Shown piece by piece: positions 49,360-60,553 of a stretch of DNA of 64,000 nt. Each line of letters opens with the position of its first letter. Positions within the stretch are counted from its first letter, which is position 1. The translations under genes and the position numbers were made by a program. A model generated the notes under the pieces. It worked only from the letters and a program-made list of their open reading frames with translations, had not been told where the DNA came from and did not search any database. Source of the DNA: Polymyxa betae A26-41 (taxonomy: Eukaryota > Protista > Endomyxa: Phytomyxea); contig RBZT01000564.1 of the NCBI GenBank assembly GCA_003693705.1, forward strand, positions 32,322 through 96,321, in the 5' to 3' direction.

Positions 49360-51046
49360 ATGCATCAGGGCAACGCTGCTGTCGCTCTGGCCGTCTGCCG
49401 CGCTCTGACCGATGAATATGTTGCTGATCTTGCGAACTTGCTAGCGAACCAAGATTACGCTCATCAAGTCAGCGCCTTTGTCCAGCAGTCGTATGAAGGG
49501 TCGGAGACCCCCGAAGCTTGCAGCTCGGTAGTGGCCAGTGCCCATGGATACGCTCGCGAGGCACTTGAATCGGTCGCCTCTCACGTCCTGAACTGTGCTC
49601 AAAAATTGACCGATTTATTGCATCTGCATGAGGCTGCCTTGGGCGACATTGAAGGTCGCGTACAGCAAGTTCAAAGCCGGATCCAACGAGCTCAAAAAGC
49701 TCACACCGGGAAGATCATACAAGCAAGCTGTCGTCCTAAACAAATACTTGGAAAGGTGATTACAATGTTTTCTAGTGATTCGTGTATGCGAAGAGAAGCT
49801 ATCAATGCTGCATTCCAATATTTCTGTTTACATATCGAACCCAGCGTTCTTTGATGCTCTATTTCTAACTCTTTACTGCAAAGACTGACATAAATCTTTT
49901 CAGTGCCGTATTCGGGTCCAAGATGATTCTCTTTCGCCGTTAAACCAGGCCTATGAACGTTGTCAGGTCGATTATTCGCAATTCGATGGCGTTGGCATGG
50001 CATTCAACGTGACGTCCGATTTTTCGTCGAATCCGAACACGCCTTCGGGTGCTGATAATGGCTCTCTGAACCACTCGCTATCATCTGCACGTCCATCCTT
50101 ATCTGTTCCTGGTCCGCCTCCGTCTCTATCAACATCAGCTCCTGGTCCGCCTCCTGCCATCACAACTACGAAGCGTCATTCTACCAATGCTGGCAAGACA
50201 TCCGTCTCTCCACTAGGGTCGGTGTCGGGGCCAGTACCACTGATGCCGCCGAAGCCGCCGTCTGCACCTGCGACTCCATCTGGTTCCGTTCCTCCACCGC
50301 CACCTCCGCCGCCACCGGTCTTCAGGCCTGCGGCAGTTTCACCGCTGTCGTCGGGATCATTTCCTGGGCCGGTACCGCCTGTACCACCGCCTATTCCCAA
50401 GACGCCGTTGTCGAGTTCGAATTCGCAGCCGATTCCTCCGCCGCTTCCCCGAGCGCCTTCCCTGACGTCGCCTTTATCTGCTGGATCGTTTACAACTTCG
50501 GTGCCGCCGACGCCACCTCCCCTTCCCAGGTCTATCACGCCCACATCGTCTGCCATTGAATTATTAGCGGCCCCGATGCGTCCGATGCCGCCTGCAGCTC
50601 CCAAGCCTACTACGCCCAACCATTCGATCGAAGTGCCAATGCGAAAGGCGATGTTCTCATCTGGTCCTGTCCCGCCTCCTCCTTCAATCCCGAATGTCGT
50701 GGCGCCTCCCGCCCCTCCATCCATCTCAAAGCCTGTAGCGGCACCAATCCCTCCTGTTCCGAGACCGGCTATGCCGCCTCTACCGCCTTCGGCTTACAGA
50801 GGCGTGATGCCAAGTTCGTCGCAACCAGTACCACCGCCACCTCCTGCTTTGCCATCCGGGCTGAGTAACCGGCCCGCGGTTGTGAGGACCTCCTCAGGAC
50901 CTGGGATTCCGCCGCCGCCCTCATATGGGGGCGCAGCGATGCCGCAGCCACCACCTCTACCAACTTTGTCGACCTCTAGATCCAGACCTGCAAATGGGTC
51001 TGGAGCTGTACCGCCGCCGCCTCCTCCTCCTCCGCCTCTAAAGTAA
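49360..51046 (+). CDS. Abi (Abl-interactor, SCAR/WAVE complex)-like protein with long polyproline tail; intron from 49757 to ~49965
   Basis: AHGYAREALESVASHVLNCAQKLTDLLHLHEAALGDIEGRVQQV resembles the Abi N-terminal (Y..qaL.SVA..i...A..l..LL) motif; P-rich C-terminus. Confidence 0.75.
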
Positions 51047-51180
51047 TAAATCGTTTCCCTTGAGCGGATCGACCCAGCAAGTGGTAGTCTGAAGTACGGG
51101 AGATATTTATAGACGGGGACACGTCGTATAACTGCAAATATTTCTGATGTTGCGATGACGAGTATTGTATGTCGTCTGGC

Positions 51181-51830
51181 AACGCTAAAGGTTATCTTCT
51201 CTACGACCAGAACCTGAACAAAGCGTTTGTTCGTCGTAACGTCACATTAACGAGTTTGGTTTCAGCAGTCGCGAAGCTCAAGACGTTTTATCCGACGAAA
51301 TTGATCAAATCGATGCTATAGGGATTAATGAAGACCATCGCTCGAAATTGGAAGACAATGGCGTCTGTACTAAAGATGGAGATGACGATGACCTGAATGG
51401 GGTTGAAATACTAATCTCGATAACAGCACAGACGAACTCTTCACCCAACGAATGCTGCAGTGACTTTGAACCTCCGACTCCTGTGCCACAGCAATTCGAA
51501 CGGAAAAGACGAGAAACGTCGAACGTCAAATTCCGTCATCATAAACGGAGTAGATTTCCGCCCGATTAATAAGCGCGTCTTGTACGCCATAACTGGGCGA
51601 AGACTGCACATTTACCCACTCGCCGAAATGTCGCTGCCATTCCAAAATCGTACGAACGAGCATTGCGGCGGTCTGATGCAAACGATTGGAAAAAGGCGAT
51701 GCAATCTGACCTTCATCCATTATCAGCAGGTGAAGTCTTGAACAAAACCCGAAAAAAATTTCCTCTTGATGTAAGGCCGATTGGATGCAAATGGATTTAT
51801 AAATCGAAACCAAATACTGCTCTTTCTAGC
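51181..51830 (+). mobile_element. Degenerate Ty1/copia pol fragment (post-integrase SH3-like region and start of RT)
   Basis: KGYLLYDQNLNKAFVRRNVT; PKSYERALRRSDANDWKKAMQS; RPIGCKWIYKSK; frameshifted. Confidence 0.85.
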
Positions 51831-52339
51831 GTTCGGCTCTCAAGAGAAATGTGCCCTCGTAATGAAGGAGGTAAACTGTTGAGAACCAACGTCGAATGTC
51901 AATAAATTAAGCCACTAGGAAGAGAGAAATGAAGAGCAGAATGGGATCGAAAAAGAAGAACGAACGACGAGAAATACGAACAACGAACAACGAGGTATAC
52001 GAAGAATGAGAGAGGGTTTTTAGGAAAAATAAGGGCTCGTTTGGCAGCACCGGAAAACTAATTCTGCAGTTTTCTACGGAAAAACATCTGCCGCTCTGAT
52101 GATTCACACGCGAGCGGACCTCTACAACAGTCAAATTTCTCGTTGCGGAAAACCCGTCCGGACTTTCTACCTCGAGTCTAATATTCAAATTGTCGAGATG
52201 GTTCCCGTTCTGCTCTGCCTATGATTGCCTTCGCCGCTTATCGCAATTCTTGCCGTCTTATCGGCGTGGGGCTCATCGAGCATTTGCCTAAATCCAACTC
52301 TAATCGCGGCCAGCTACCCTGGACTCTGTTTTACAGCGC

Positions 52340-52800
52340 TCCGTCAACCTACCGCCCATTCAACGGCTTCCAAACAAAGAACGTTCCCAAAAGACGGCCG
52401 GCCAGCAACCTGACACCATTAGGTCCCATAATGCCTTTTAGATAAATTTAGGTAACACAAGCAGCCAAACTATCCAATAATCAAAACACTCTTATCACTG
52501 ATATTCTGCGCTTGTATTCTTTCATTGAAGCAGATAAAGGCCATGCGTATCTGCGAGAGGTACTGGTACCTTAGCTACACTCCACTTAAAACCAATCCGA
52601 ATTCCTATTCCGCCTATACGGTTCAAGATATTGCGGCGACCTCTGGGTTGCCAATAGATCAACCTGTAGCTCAATTGAACCATCTGCAAAAATTCGAGCA
52701 GTGTGCTAATCGCCGGTCGAATTATGACTGATCCCATCTTACACGCCACCGTAATTGAAAGCAACCACCAACAATCGCACCTGGCAATCCACCGCACAAG
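52340..52800 (+). mobile_element. Possible non-LTR retrotransposon relic
   Basis: Weak resemblance only (PFNGFQTKNVP; QDIAATSGLPID) within TE-rich context; no intact motif. Confidence 0.2.
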
Positions 52801-53499
52801 GTCTGACACGAGCCATCACGTACAGCTTTAAGTCGCTCTCAAGCCCCACACACGTCCATCCCGACGGATGTGACTAACGCTGTTATAACTTTCGCCTTTC
52901 ATCGGTCGTCGTCGTCTCTAATCTATCGTATCTACTAGGTATGAAACCAGAATATATCAAAGTGTTAGGTACTAACTCAAATACAGAATTCAGTAACATT
53001 ATCATCGGGAGTGTAAAATCCCTGTACGACCCGATATCGACATCGAAAAATGCGCAACACGTCCGATTTCAGAATATCATATCCTCACAGATGCTGAGAC
53101 ATGTTCAGGTAGGATCTCAGGTCTAAAAGCGCCGTCACTACAATTATGAGAGAGCACGATTTGCTGAGATCTGAGCCATTATCAGCCTATACAAGATTTG
53201 GATTTTCAAATCTGCTGAAACTCGGCATGGCGATCGGGCGTGATGAGAGCATTCCAACGATCCGTCGCACGACGTCTAACTCCGAATCAAAAAAAAATAA
53301 TACAGTGACAACTTCGCAGTTTTTAATGCGTTTTAGAAAAAATCTGTGTAAGCTCCAACCTTTTGATATCGTAGAAATAGTTCTCTGCTTTAAATATCAG
53401 ATCGATCCCTTAAATATTCATCTCGGAGACTAAAATTCATCGGCCAAATAGTTCATGTTGTTGAGTCGCTCTACGCCAGTCCACACAAAATAACGAGAT

Positions 53500-54200
53500 T
53501 TCAAAAGTGCAAAAGGGCCTTAACGCCAAAGTGGCCCAAGAGATGAACGCGTTCGATGGCGGTCGACCTGTCGGCCTCTGGTGTTGGGACAGTTTCAGGC
53601 AAGTTCCTGGGAGTGCAGAGCTGCGATGGGCTGCTGAAGAGCCTGCTGATCGGGGTAGAGACGAGATATGGTGTCTGGCAGGATGTTGAGGACACCAGAG
53701 CGGTGCGTGATGGTGAAATCGTCCAGAATGGTGTCGAGCCAATTGGGTTGAGGTCCTTTTGTGTTATCAGCGAACGATGGTCAGTGAAAAGGTGAAAGCA
53801 GTTGCCCCAGATATAGAAGTGGAGCTTCTTAAAGGCGAAGACGATCGATGGCTAAGGAGTTCTCGCTTCGTTGCAGCGTATTTGCGTTCAGGAGCATGAA
53901 GTGCATGGGCGACAAATGTGATCCACTTGCGGTTGGTGGGGACGTCGTCGGCAAGCTGGTAGAGGACGATGCCTGTGTTCGAAGCATCGACAGCGACGCA
54001 AACTTCGTTACTGAAATCAGGAAACGATAGGAAGGAGGGTTCGTAAGTGGTGTCGAAGGCGGCGACAATGTCAGGAATCCAGAGGTTAAAGCCGATGCGT
54101 TGAGCAGATAGCGGCTCACAGACTTTGCCCAGTTGACTGGTGCGTTAAGGTCCAGAATAAAGAGAATGACTTCAGCTCCTTTCTGCATAACGGAGACCAG
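53500..54200 (-). mobile_element. Degenerate Ty3/gypsy pol fragment (RNase H and integrase Zn-binding)
   Basis: VAVDASNTG..LYQ, FVAHALHAPERKYAATKRELL, KKLHFYIWG..FHLFTDHRSL, IERVHLLGHFGVKAL across frameshifts. Confidence 0.88.
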
Positions 54201-54399
54201 ATGTTACAGTTCTCCGACCAGACATAGATCATGCCATGGTAATTGTGGCATCGCAAAGGTTGCTCACGATCAGCTTCTCCCATAGCACACGACCCTCCCC
54301 TTCGCTGGGACCGTAGGGGTCGGCCTCTACGCACTCGCTCTCCAGCTAGGGAGCGCTCGGTAGTAATGAATTAGGTTCTTCTTCGGTGATATCATAGGA

Positions 54400-54745
54400 C
54401 GCCATGCAGGCAGCTGTTGTTGAGAACAGATTGTCGCGTAATCTTGGAACTTACAGCACGTTGCGCAAGGTCAAACTGGAATTCAGCTCCACAGATCCCA
54501 CCGTAGCGAAAACGGCTCCGCCATCGCCCAATGTGATTCGGACCAGTACGTGCAGCTTTTTCGGGTTTTGGGGCGTACTCAAGCGGATGACAATGTGCGA
54601 AGACGCTCCGCTGTCCATGAGCCAATTATCACGTCCGGGAGTATCTTCATCTGCCACGAACAGGAATTCATTCGACTCCACGTTCGCCTCCTCATCGCAA
54701 TTCAACTCTTTCTGCAAATGCGGTTCGAAACGGGCGCACGGCAAA
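54400..54745 (-). mobile_element. Ty1/copia gag-protease fragment
   Basis: EFLFVA....DNWLMDSGASSHI...ITLGDGG...ATVGSV....LTLRNVL, the copia protease D-S-G-A signature. Confidence 0.85.
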
Positions 54746-54749
54746 AACG

Positions 54750-55104
54750 ATGATGATGAGCTGCTTCGTAGTTCTCAGGAAAATGTACGTTTTCCAGTTC
54801 ATGTCCATTTTATCGAATCGACAGTTGGGGTTACAACTGTGATTAGCGATGTGCGCACCTGCCGAGTCAGGGTCGCCAACGTTGTATGTCCCGTCTTCGA
54901 ACTGCATCGTGTAATTCCGCAGGGGATCATTATCGCCGGGCGGGGTATCGACAGCCCTGCCCCTGTATAGAGCCACCGGTATGTTCACACCAATTTTCTT
55001 GGTTGTGTACAGCCCTTTCCTTGTGCGGAAGGTTTGATAATGTCACCATTTTTAGGCCTTTTATGATGCCCTTATCTTTTGCTAGTAATTGCCTCGCTTT
55101 TTGT
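54750..55104 (-). pseudogene. SET-domain lysine methyltransferase fragment (frameshifted, truncated)
   Basis: KGLYTTKKI, VALYRG, NYTMQF, IANHSCNPNCRF, IFLRTTK motifs. Confidence 0.75.
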
Positions 55105-55968
55105 TAGGGTTCCGATCGGTACCGTTCGGGTCGGGTACCGCCCTTCTACCGGTACCCGACCCAAATTTCCGGGTCGGATACCGGTAGTACCGGCTACCGA
55201 AGCACATAAAGACTGAAATCTCAGAAAAAAACCAAATGTCATCTGTCATTTCAATAATTTAAAGCTCATTCCCCAAATATCAGTGCACTTGAAGTTTCAT
55301 GTTTGAGTCGATGACTGTGAAGACCAATAAAATCACGACCGCAGTTCATAATCATCTCCACTGAGACCGATGAACTTGGGATAGGGAGTATATCTTTTAC
55401 AACTTCACTAAAACCCGATTGGATCGACCTGAGGACCGTCGTAAGGAAGGCTGAGATACTTATCAAATTCGTCCATGACCTCACCGTTTGTGAAGCAAAG
55501 ATGATGGTCCCATCTGTCTCTCTTGCTTATCGGAACATAAACAGCCTTGGGTTTATCGGGGGTTGAGCAATTTCTATTTGAACTGATTTCAGCATTTTTG
55601 GGGTCAATCTCGGATCCAGATGCTGAATCAGATGATAATACGTTTGACACAAGGCTACTGCCGAAACTTTCACTCAACACTATGGGCTCGTAATCATTCA
55701 CGACTGCATCGAAAACTCCAATCCTTAGATTGGCGCGAAGGAAAGGTGCATTCACGGGGCACAGAGGAGCGTCAGCCCTTCGCTTCCGTGTATGAAACAA
55801 AGATTACAATAAGGGTTTCAAAGTCCGCCACGCAGATTCTCCAGCACTCATTATTCCTAGGCCGGTAGTGTCGGTAGTCGGGTCGGGTACCACCCATCTA
55901 CCGGTATCCGACCGGGAGACTACCGGAGCGCCGGTAGTCGGGTAGTGCCAGTATCGATCGGAACCCTA
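55105..55968 (-). mobile_element. Non-autonomous hAT DNA transposon (864 bp) with TIRs and dimerization-domain relic
   Basis: TIRs TAGGGTTCCGATCG(G/A)TAC; flanks ctttttgt / cttttgt (8-bp TSD with 1-nt indel); subterminal gggtcgggtacc repeats; EFDKYLSLP...DPIGF and DILPIPSSSVSVE...GRDFIGLHSHRLKHET. Confidence 0.9.
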
Positions 55969-56906
55969 CTTTTGTCATGCACTGTTAGGGGAGGGGCTGC
56001 GTTCCGTGAGCCACGGCAACAACCCCCATCATAAGACACATCTATTACTTAAAATTCAAGATGCCTCGATTCACGAGCGTTCTTTACATCTGCGGCTGTC
56101 CTACTCGCCATTTCTCTGAAATGCAAAAACTAAGCGTGTATCGGTTTGGGAACCAACTAAGCAATACGTGGTCAGCCGAAGCAAGAATACTGGAAGATCC
56201 GTCCCGGTCACACGATTGTAACTTCGAACTATTCGATCGACGAGTGCTACACTGATGAACGGCAGCGATTGCCGATCCATCGAAGATTCACGGAACTAGA
56301 TCTGCGTGAGCGATGTACGGGTTCATCGCATTTCTGTGCCTGCGCTCGATGTGGTCCTCTTGATGAAGTTCGTGCCCGTGCTGCTGCTAAAATGAAAGCC
56401 GCTGTCGATCGGTGGCAACTTACAGTTGGCGCGACGACGGTTGTTACGTACCTGTTCGTGTACGGCCTCTCGAAGATCCTGCTCCGACTCAGGTCTCTAT
56501 CGACGAGGACGTAGTTGCTGCTCAAGGCTTAGCTGGGCTCGCGGTTGTTTCGCGCCCAAATTCACCCGCCAATTCCCCTTAATAAAGTAGCAGCCTGCTA
56601 GCTGCATTTCGACATGGGTTCGTTTTGTTCGCTGGGGTAGGATTCATTCCTATATGCTTATCGAACTGACCACATCAAATGGAGACATCGTTTCGATTAA
56701 CGATTCCGGACGAGGCGAATTCACCGTCCAGGTCTTCGACGCCTTCGACGTCCAAAGATGCCTTCCGCTCAGTACGTACAGGTATGTTGTCCACTGGATG
56801 TCAACTTGACGATGTTGTCCACTGGATCTCATATTTATTATAGTGGAAAGCCCTTCGTCAACTACTTCAACAGCGTCGATGACGATGAATTGAAAGTTCT
56901 GCAGAC

Positions 56907-58219
56907 ATGATGAGCAAGCGCGATCTGTCTAAGTACATCAACGACTATGGCCTTCGTATGAAGAATGAGAGTACCGCCTTCCGTGACGGTGTTCGAAGCT
57001 TCCGCGACAGGATAATGGACAGCGGGGCTGTCACCTTCATGGACTTGGTCGAGGTGGCCAATCTCATGGAAGAATGTGCATCGATTCAAGAGACGAATTC
57101 GGAATTCGTCGTCTACTCCAGCACGTTAATGAGCGCCGAGGGACTGCCCACCTCCACCATTAAGCTGGGAGCCAACACTGCCGATATTACTCGGAGCTCC
57201 AGAAGCACCATTGAAACCGTCAAGGGGGGCGGTCTGCGCAGCCTTTCTACGAGCCACATCTCTAAGTTGAGCCCCTTCAGTGGAACGAGCGAATCTGGAT
57301 CGAAGAGCGCTCCGGAGCCTCCCGAGGAGAAGGTCGTTGTGGAGGAAGAGAAGGCCGGTGGGGTTGTCTCTGAGGCTCCGGCTGCCCCTGCGACTCCCAA
57401 ACCTATTCCCGCCGTCGCCGCAAGCACCGCTCCACGCAAAGTGGGAGTTTCTCCCCTTTCGAACGCCCTGAAGACGGGAAGGGAAAGGGTGCGGCTGCCA
57501 CTGCTCCTCCCGCCAGGCCTTCCATATCCATTCCCAAACCCTCGCCATCCCCGAGCGGGATGAAGGCCGTGCGGAACCCTTTCCTGGACTTTTATGCTCC
57601 CTCACCCAAGCCGATGGCGAAGGGCGACCCCAGCAGCTCCAGAACCACTCCGACCAGCGCCTCATTCGATCCCTTCGAGATGGTTAGAAAGGCCAGGACT
57701 AGCAGCGGACCGAATCCTGTCAAAGGGGCCAGCCCCTTCTCTCCCTCTCCCGCCTCCTCTAGGCCCGCTGGAGTTACGGTCACCCTCAAAGTCAACAAGC
57801 ACACGCTTGAGGATGACCTGGCGGACGAGGCCGACCTTGCCCAGCTCGATTTCTTGGACCGCTCAGACCGCGCATCCGAGGACCGCGGTAGCATCTCCAG
57901 CTCCAGTCCGGGGAAGTACAGGGTCCCATCAGACCTGGACCCGCGCTTTCTGTCCGCTGCTGCGTTGCTCGTAGCACAGTCTTTGAGGTCCACTTCCCCG
58001 TCGGCGGATGCCAGTATGACCCTTGCAAGGATGAAGGCCGGTCTGGCTGAGGCTACCGAGTCCGTCGGTGCAGACATACCCTACTTCTTCGACCACATTA
58101 TGCACAAGGAGGAGTGTGAACTCGTGTCCATGCTCCGGGACATGGAGTCGCCCTCCTCCACTCTTTCTGATAAGAGTAGCAGGGTATACCGGTACATTGA
58201 AGGTATAGCATCCCGCTAG
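56907..58219 (+). CDS. Orphan S/P-rich protein inside the TIR element (two ORFs, 56907-57563 and 57560-58219, probably one gene with a frameshift near 57475)
   Basis: Helical N- and C-terminal parts, disordered middle; the -1 frame from ~57478 reads KGKGAAATAPPARPSISIPKPSPSPSGMKA into ORF2. Confidence 0.55.
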
Positions 58220-58326
58220 GCTTGACCACGGGACTTCACTGTAATAAGCGGACCGGCGCCGTTAATTTTAAAACAGGTCGGCACGGCTCCACTACTAGCC
58301 CTCGACAACCAAGTTGAATCCGAAAT

Positions 58327-59409
58327 ATGCTCAAGGAAATAATCCGTGTAGACCTACACTACGACCCGCTTATACTTCTTCCTTACGACATTTGTCTCCC
58401 CTATGAGCTGAGGTAAGAGCCGTTAGACGACGGTACCCACATACTTGCCCATCCGGAGAAGGCGAAGGAACTCACTCGAAGCCTGGGAGGCCAGGACAAG
58501 AGTCGGGTAGTAGTTTTCATACATGGACACAACTGCAACAGGGACGAGGCTGCGAAAGTCTCAAAGGACATGAGAAGGCGCATGGAAGGTCACTGGTCAC
58601 AGAAGGAAATAGAATCCACCGACTATGTGTGCATTACCTGGAACGCGCGTTGCAACCACCAGCTGTCACTGCTTCGTTCCATGTCTTTTCCGAGGACGGT
58701 AACGAGGGAATTCGGCTGCCTCGGATACGTCGACGACCTTGACCGCGTTGCCCACTCATTTAGAGGAGTAGGAATGTTCCTTAGGGACATTATGAAGTCA
58801 GGAAGGGAACTGCACATCGTCGCGCACAGCATGGGATGCCAGATCGCTGTGGACTTCATGGACCAGTGCTCCCACGATTACAGAGCGCTATGCAGGCCGT
58901 CCTCCAGGTCATTGCAGAATGCGTCCCCTTTAGCCCTGGAAAAGATCCTGACCGGACTGCAGTCCGTATCACTGATAGCACCCGACGTCTCGAAGGAGAG
59001 ATTCAGAATAGTTATTCGGGACTACATCTCCGTCATGAGGAGCGTCCATGCATCGTGGAAGGTTGCGATATTCTCCAATACTTTCGATTCCGCCATACAT
59101 ATCTCACAGCGCCTAAGGCTGAAGAGCAAACGGATCGGAGTACCGAAATACGCTATCGACGCCTTGAACGACCCCAACCCTGTACAGTGCTCCAAGGGTT
59201 CCCTGGAGGTAGTGGACACATGGACACTCCACTTCGACCGCCACAGTCTCTACAATGACAAGAGAGTCATTGCGAGAATTGCACACTCTATTTCCCCATG
59301 CATGGAGCAGTGCGTACTTGGCATCACGAAACCATACTTCACGTCGCGTGAGAGCCGGGTTAGTGACACTGAAGCCGCGATATCGCACGTAATTAACCAC
59401 TTCGTTTAG
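58327..59409 (+). CDS. Alpha/beta hydrolase, DUF900-like (in-frame TAA at 58414-58416; ORF track starts at 58570)
   Basis: VVVFIHGHN, ITWNA, LHIVAHSMG (nucleophile elbow), SLIAPDV, FSNTFDSAIHISQRL...RIG, HSLY. Confidence 0.8.
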
Positions 59410-59835
59410 CCGACACTCAAGGATACATCCACCCAGACATCCTAAAGCACACCCAACAGACGTCCAACGCCACTACCAACAACCCCACCCCTCGTACCCG
59501 ACGCACGTACAAACAACATCCATTCAAAACACCCATTCAAAGCATCCACTCCAAGCATCCACTTCGACCATCAGTTTCGACCATCGGTATCGGTTTCGAC
59601 CATCGGTTCCGGTCATCCACTTCGACCACCCATCCCCAACCACCCACTCGGGCCATCCATCCAACTTATCCAACCAACCCATCCACCCAACTCATCCATT
59701 CGAACTACCCACCCCACCCAGCCATCCAAACAACCCATCCCACACACCAATCCCGTCTATCCACCCCGATTATCCATCTCAACCATCCACTCCAACCACC
59801 CAACCCAACTATCCACCCAGATTCCCAACCATCCG
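59410..59835. repeat. Strand-biased C/A-rich low-complexity tract (ccatcc / ccacc / ttcgaccatc motifs)
   Basis: Very G-poor + strand with many short degenerate repeats. Confidence 0.85.
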
Positions 59836-60516
59836 CTCGGTCCAGCTTCATCGTACAGCCACTACGACCACGGATTCGGACCAGTGGCGGCCCCGATCGG
59901 TCGATGCTTAGCGATAGCGATACCGACCGACATAGCCACTCGACGACGTGATGCCGACATGGTTCCACGAACTTGGTCACGTAGATTTGGCACATAGACT
60001 TGGACAGACTTACCGACTTGTACGGACTTGACCCCAGTCTTGAGACCTTCCTGTCCATGTACTCCTTGAGAGTTTGTTTGCGTTTCTGCGACTGCCTCGC
60101 CAGTCTTATGCTCCCTCCCAGTACCCTATCGAGATTGTTCCCGTTCTGGACTGCCACCAGCTCATGCCCCTTGCCTCAACGTTAGTTGAGGCACGTATAA
60201 GAAGGCCAGACACGTACGTTTCGACTCACGTACCTCGTATTCGGCTTATCCACCTCGCATTCCGAGGACGACCGTGCAAGCAAGGCATGCAAGGCGCCCT
60301 GAAGGCGCCTTGCATACCACACTTGCGTGGCCGCTACCAACTTCGTTGAGGTAAGGGGAGTGAACCCAATGCGGGGGTCGAGAACGTGCGCGTCGAAGGA
60401 CTGAGAAGTCATCGCGAGGTAGTGCTAGCGGGGGCCTGAGAGCGCGCGGCATCGAATGGAACTGGAAGTCCTTCGCTCGGTAATAATGCATGAAACACTC
60501 GAGAAAGGGGTGGGGT

Positions 60517-60553
60517 GCGCTTAGATTGCTTAGTTGGTTACCAAACCGATACA
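60517..60553. repeat. Internal direct copy of the right terminal repeat (37 bp, 1 mismatch to 60721-60757)
   Basis: gcgcttagattgcttagttggttaccaaaccgataca vs gcgcttagattgcttagttggttcccaaaccgataca. Confidence 0.95.

Noticed and set aside
50176-50724. Gly-rich minus-strand ORF
   Set aside because: Antisense shadow of the polyproline Abi exon
58414-58416. Alternative genetic code (TAA as sense) to explain the hydrolase stop
   Set aside because: Many conserved genes in the window end in TAA
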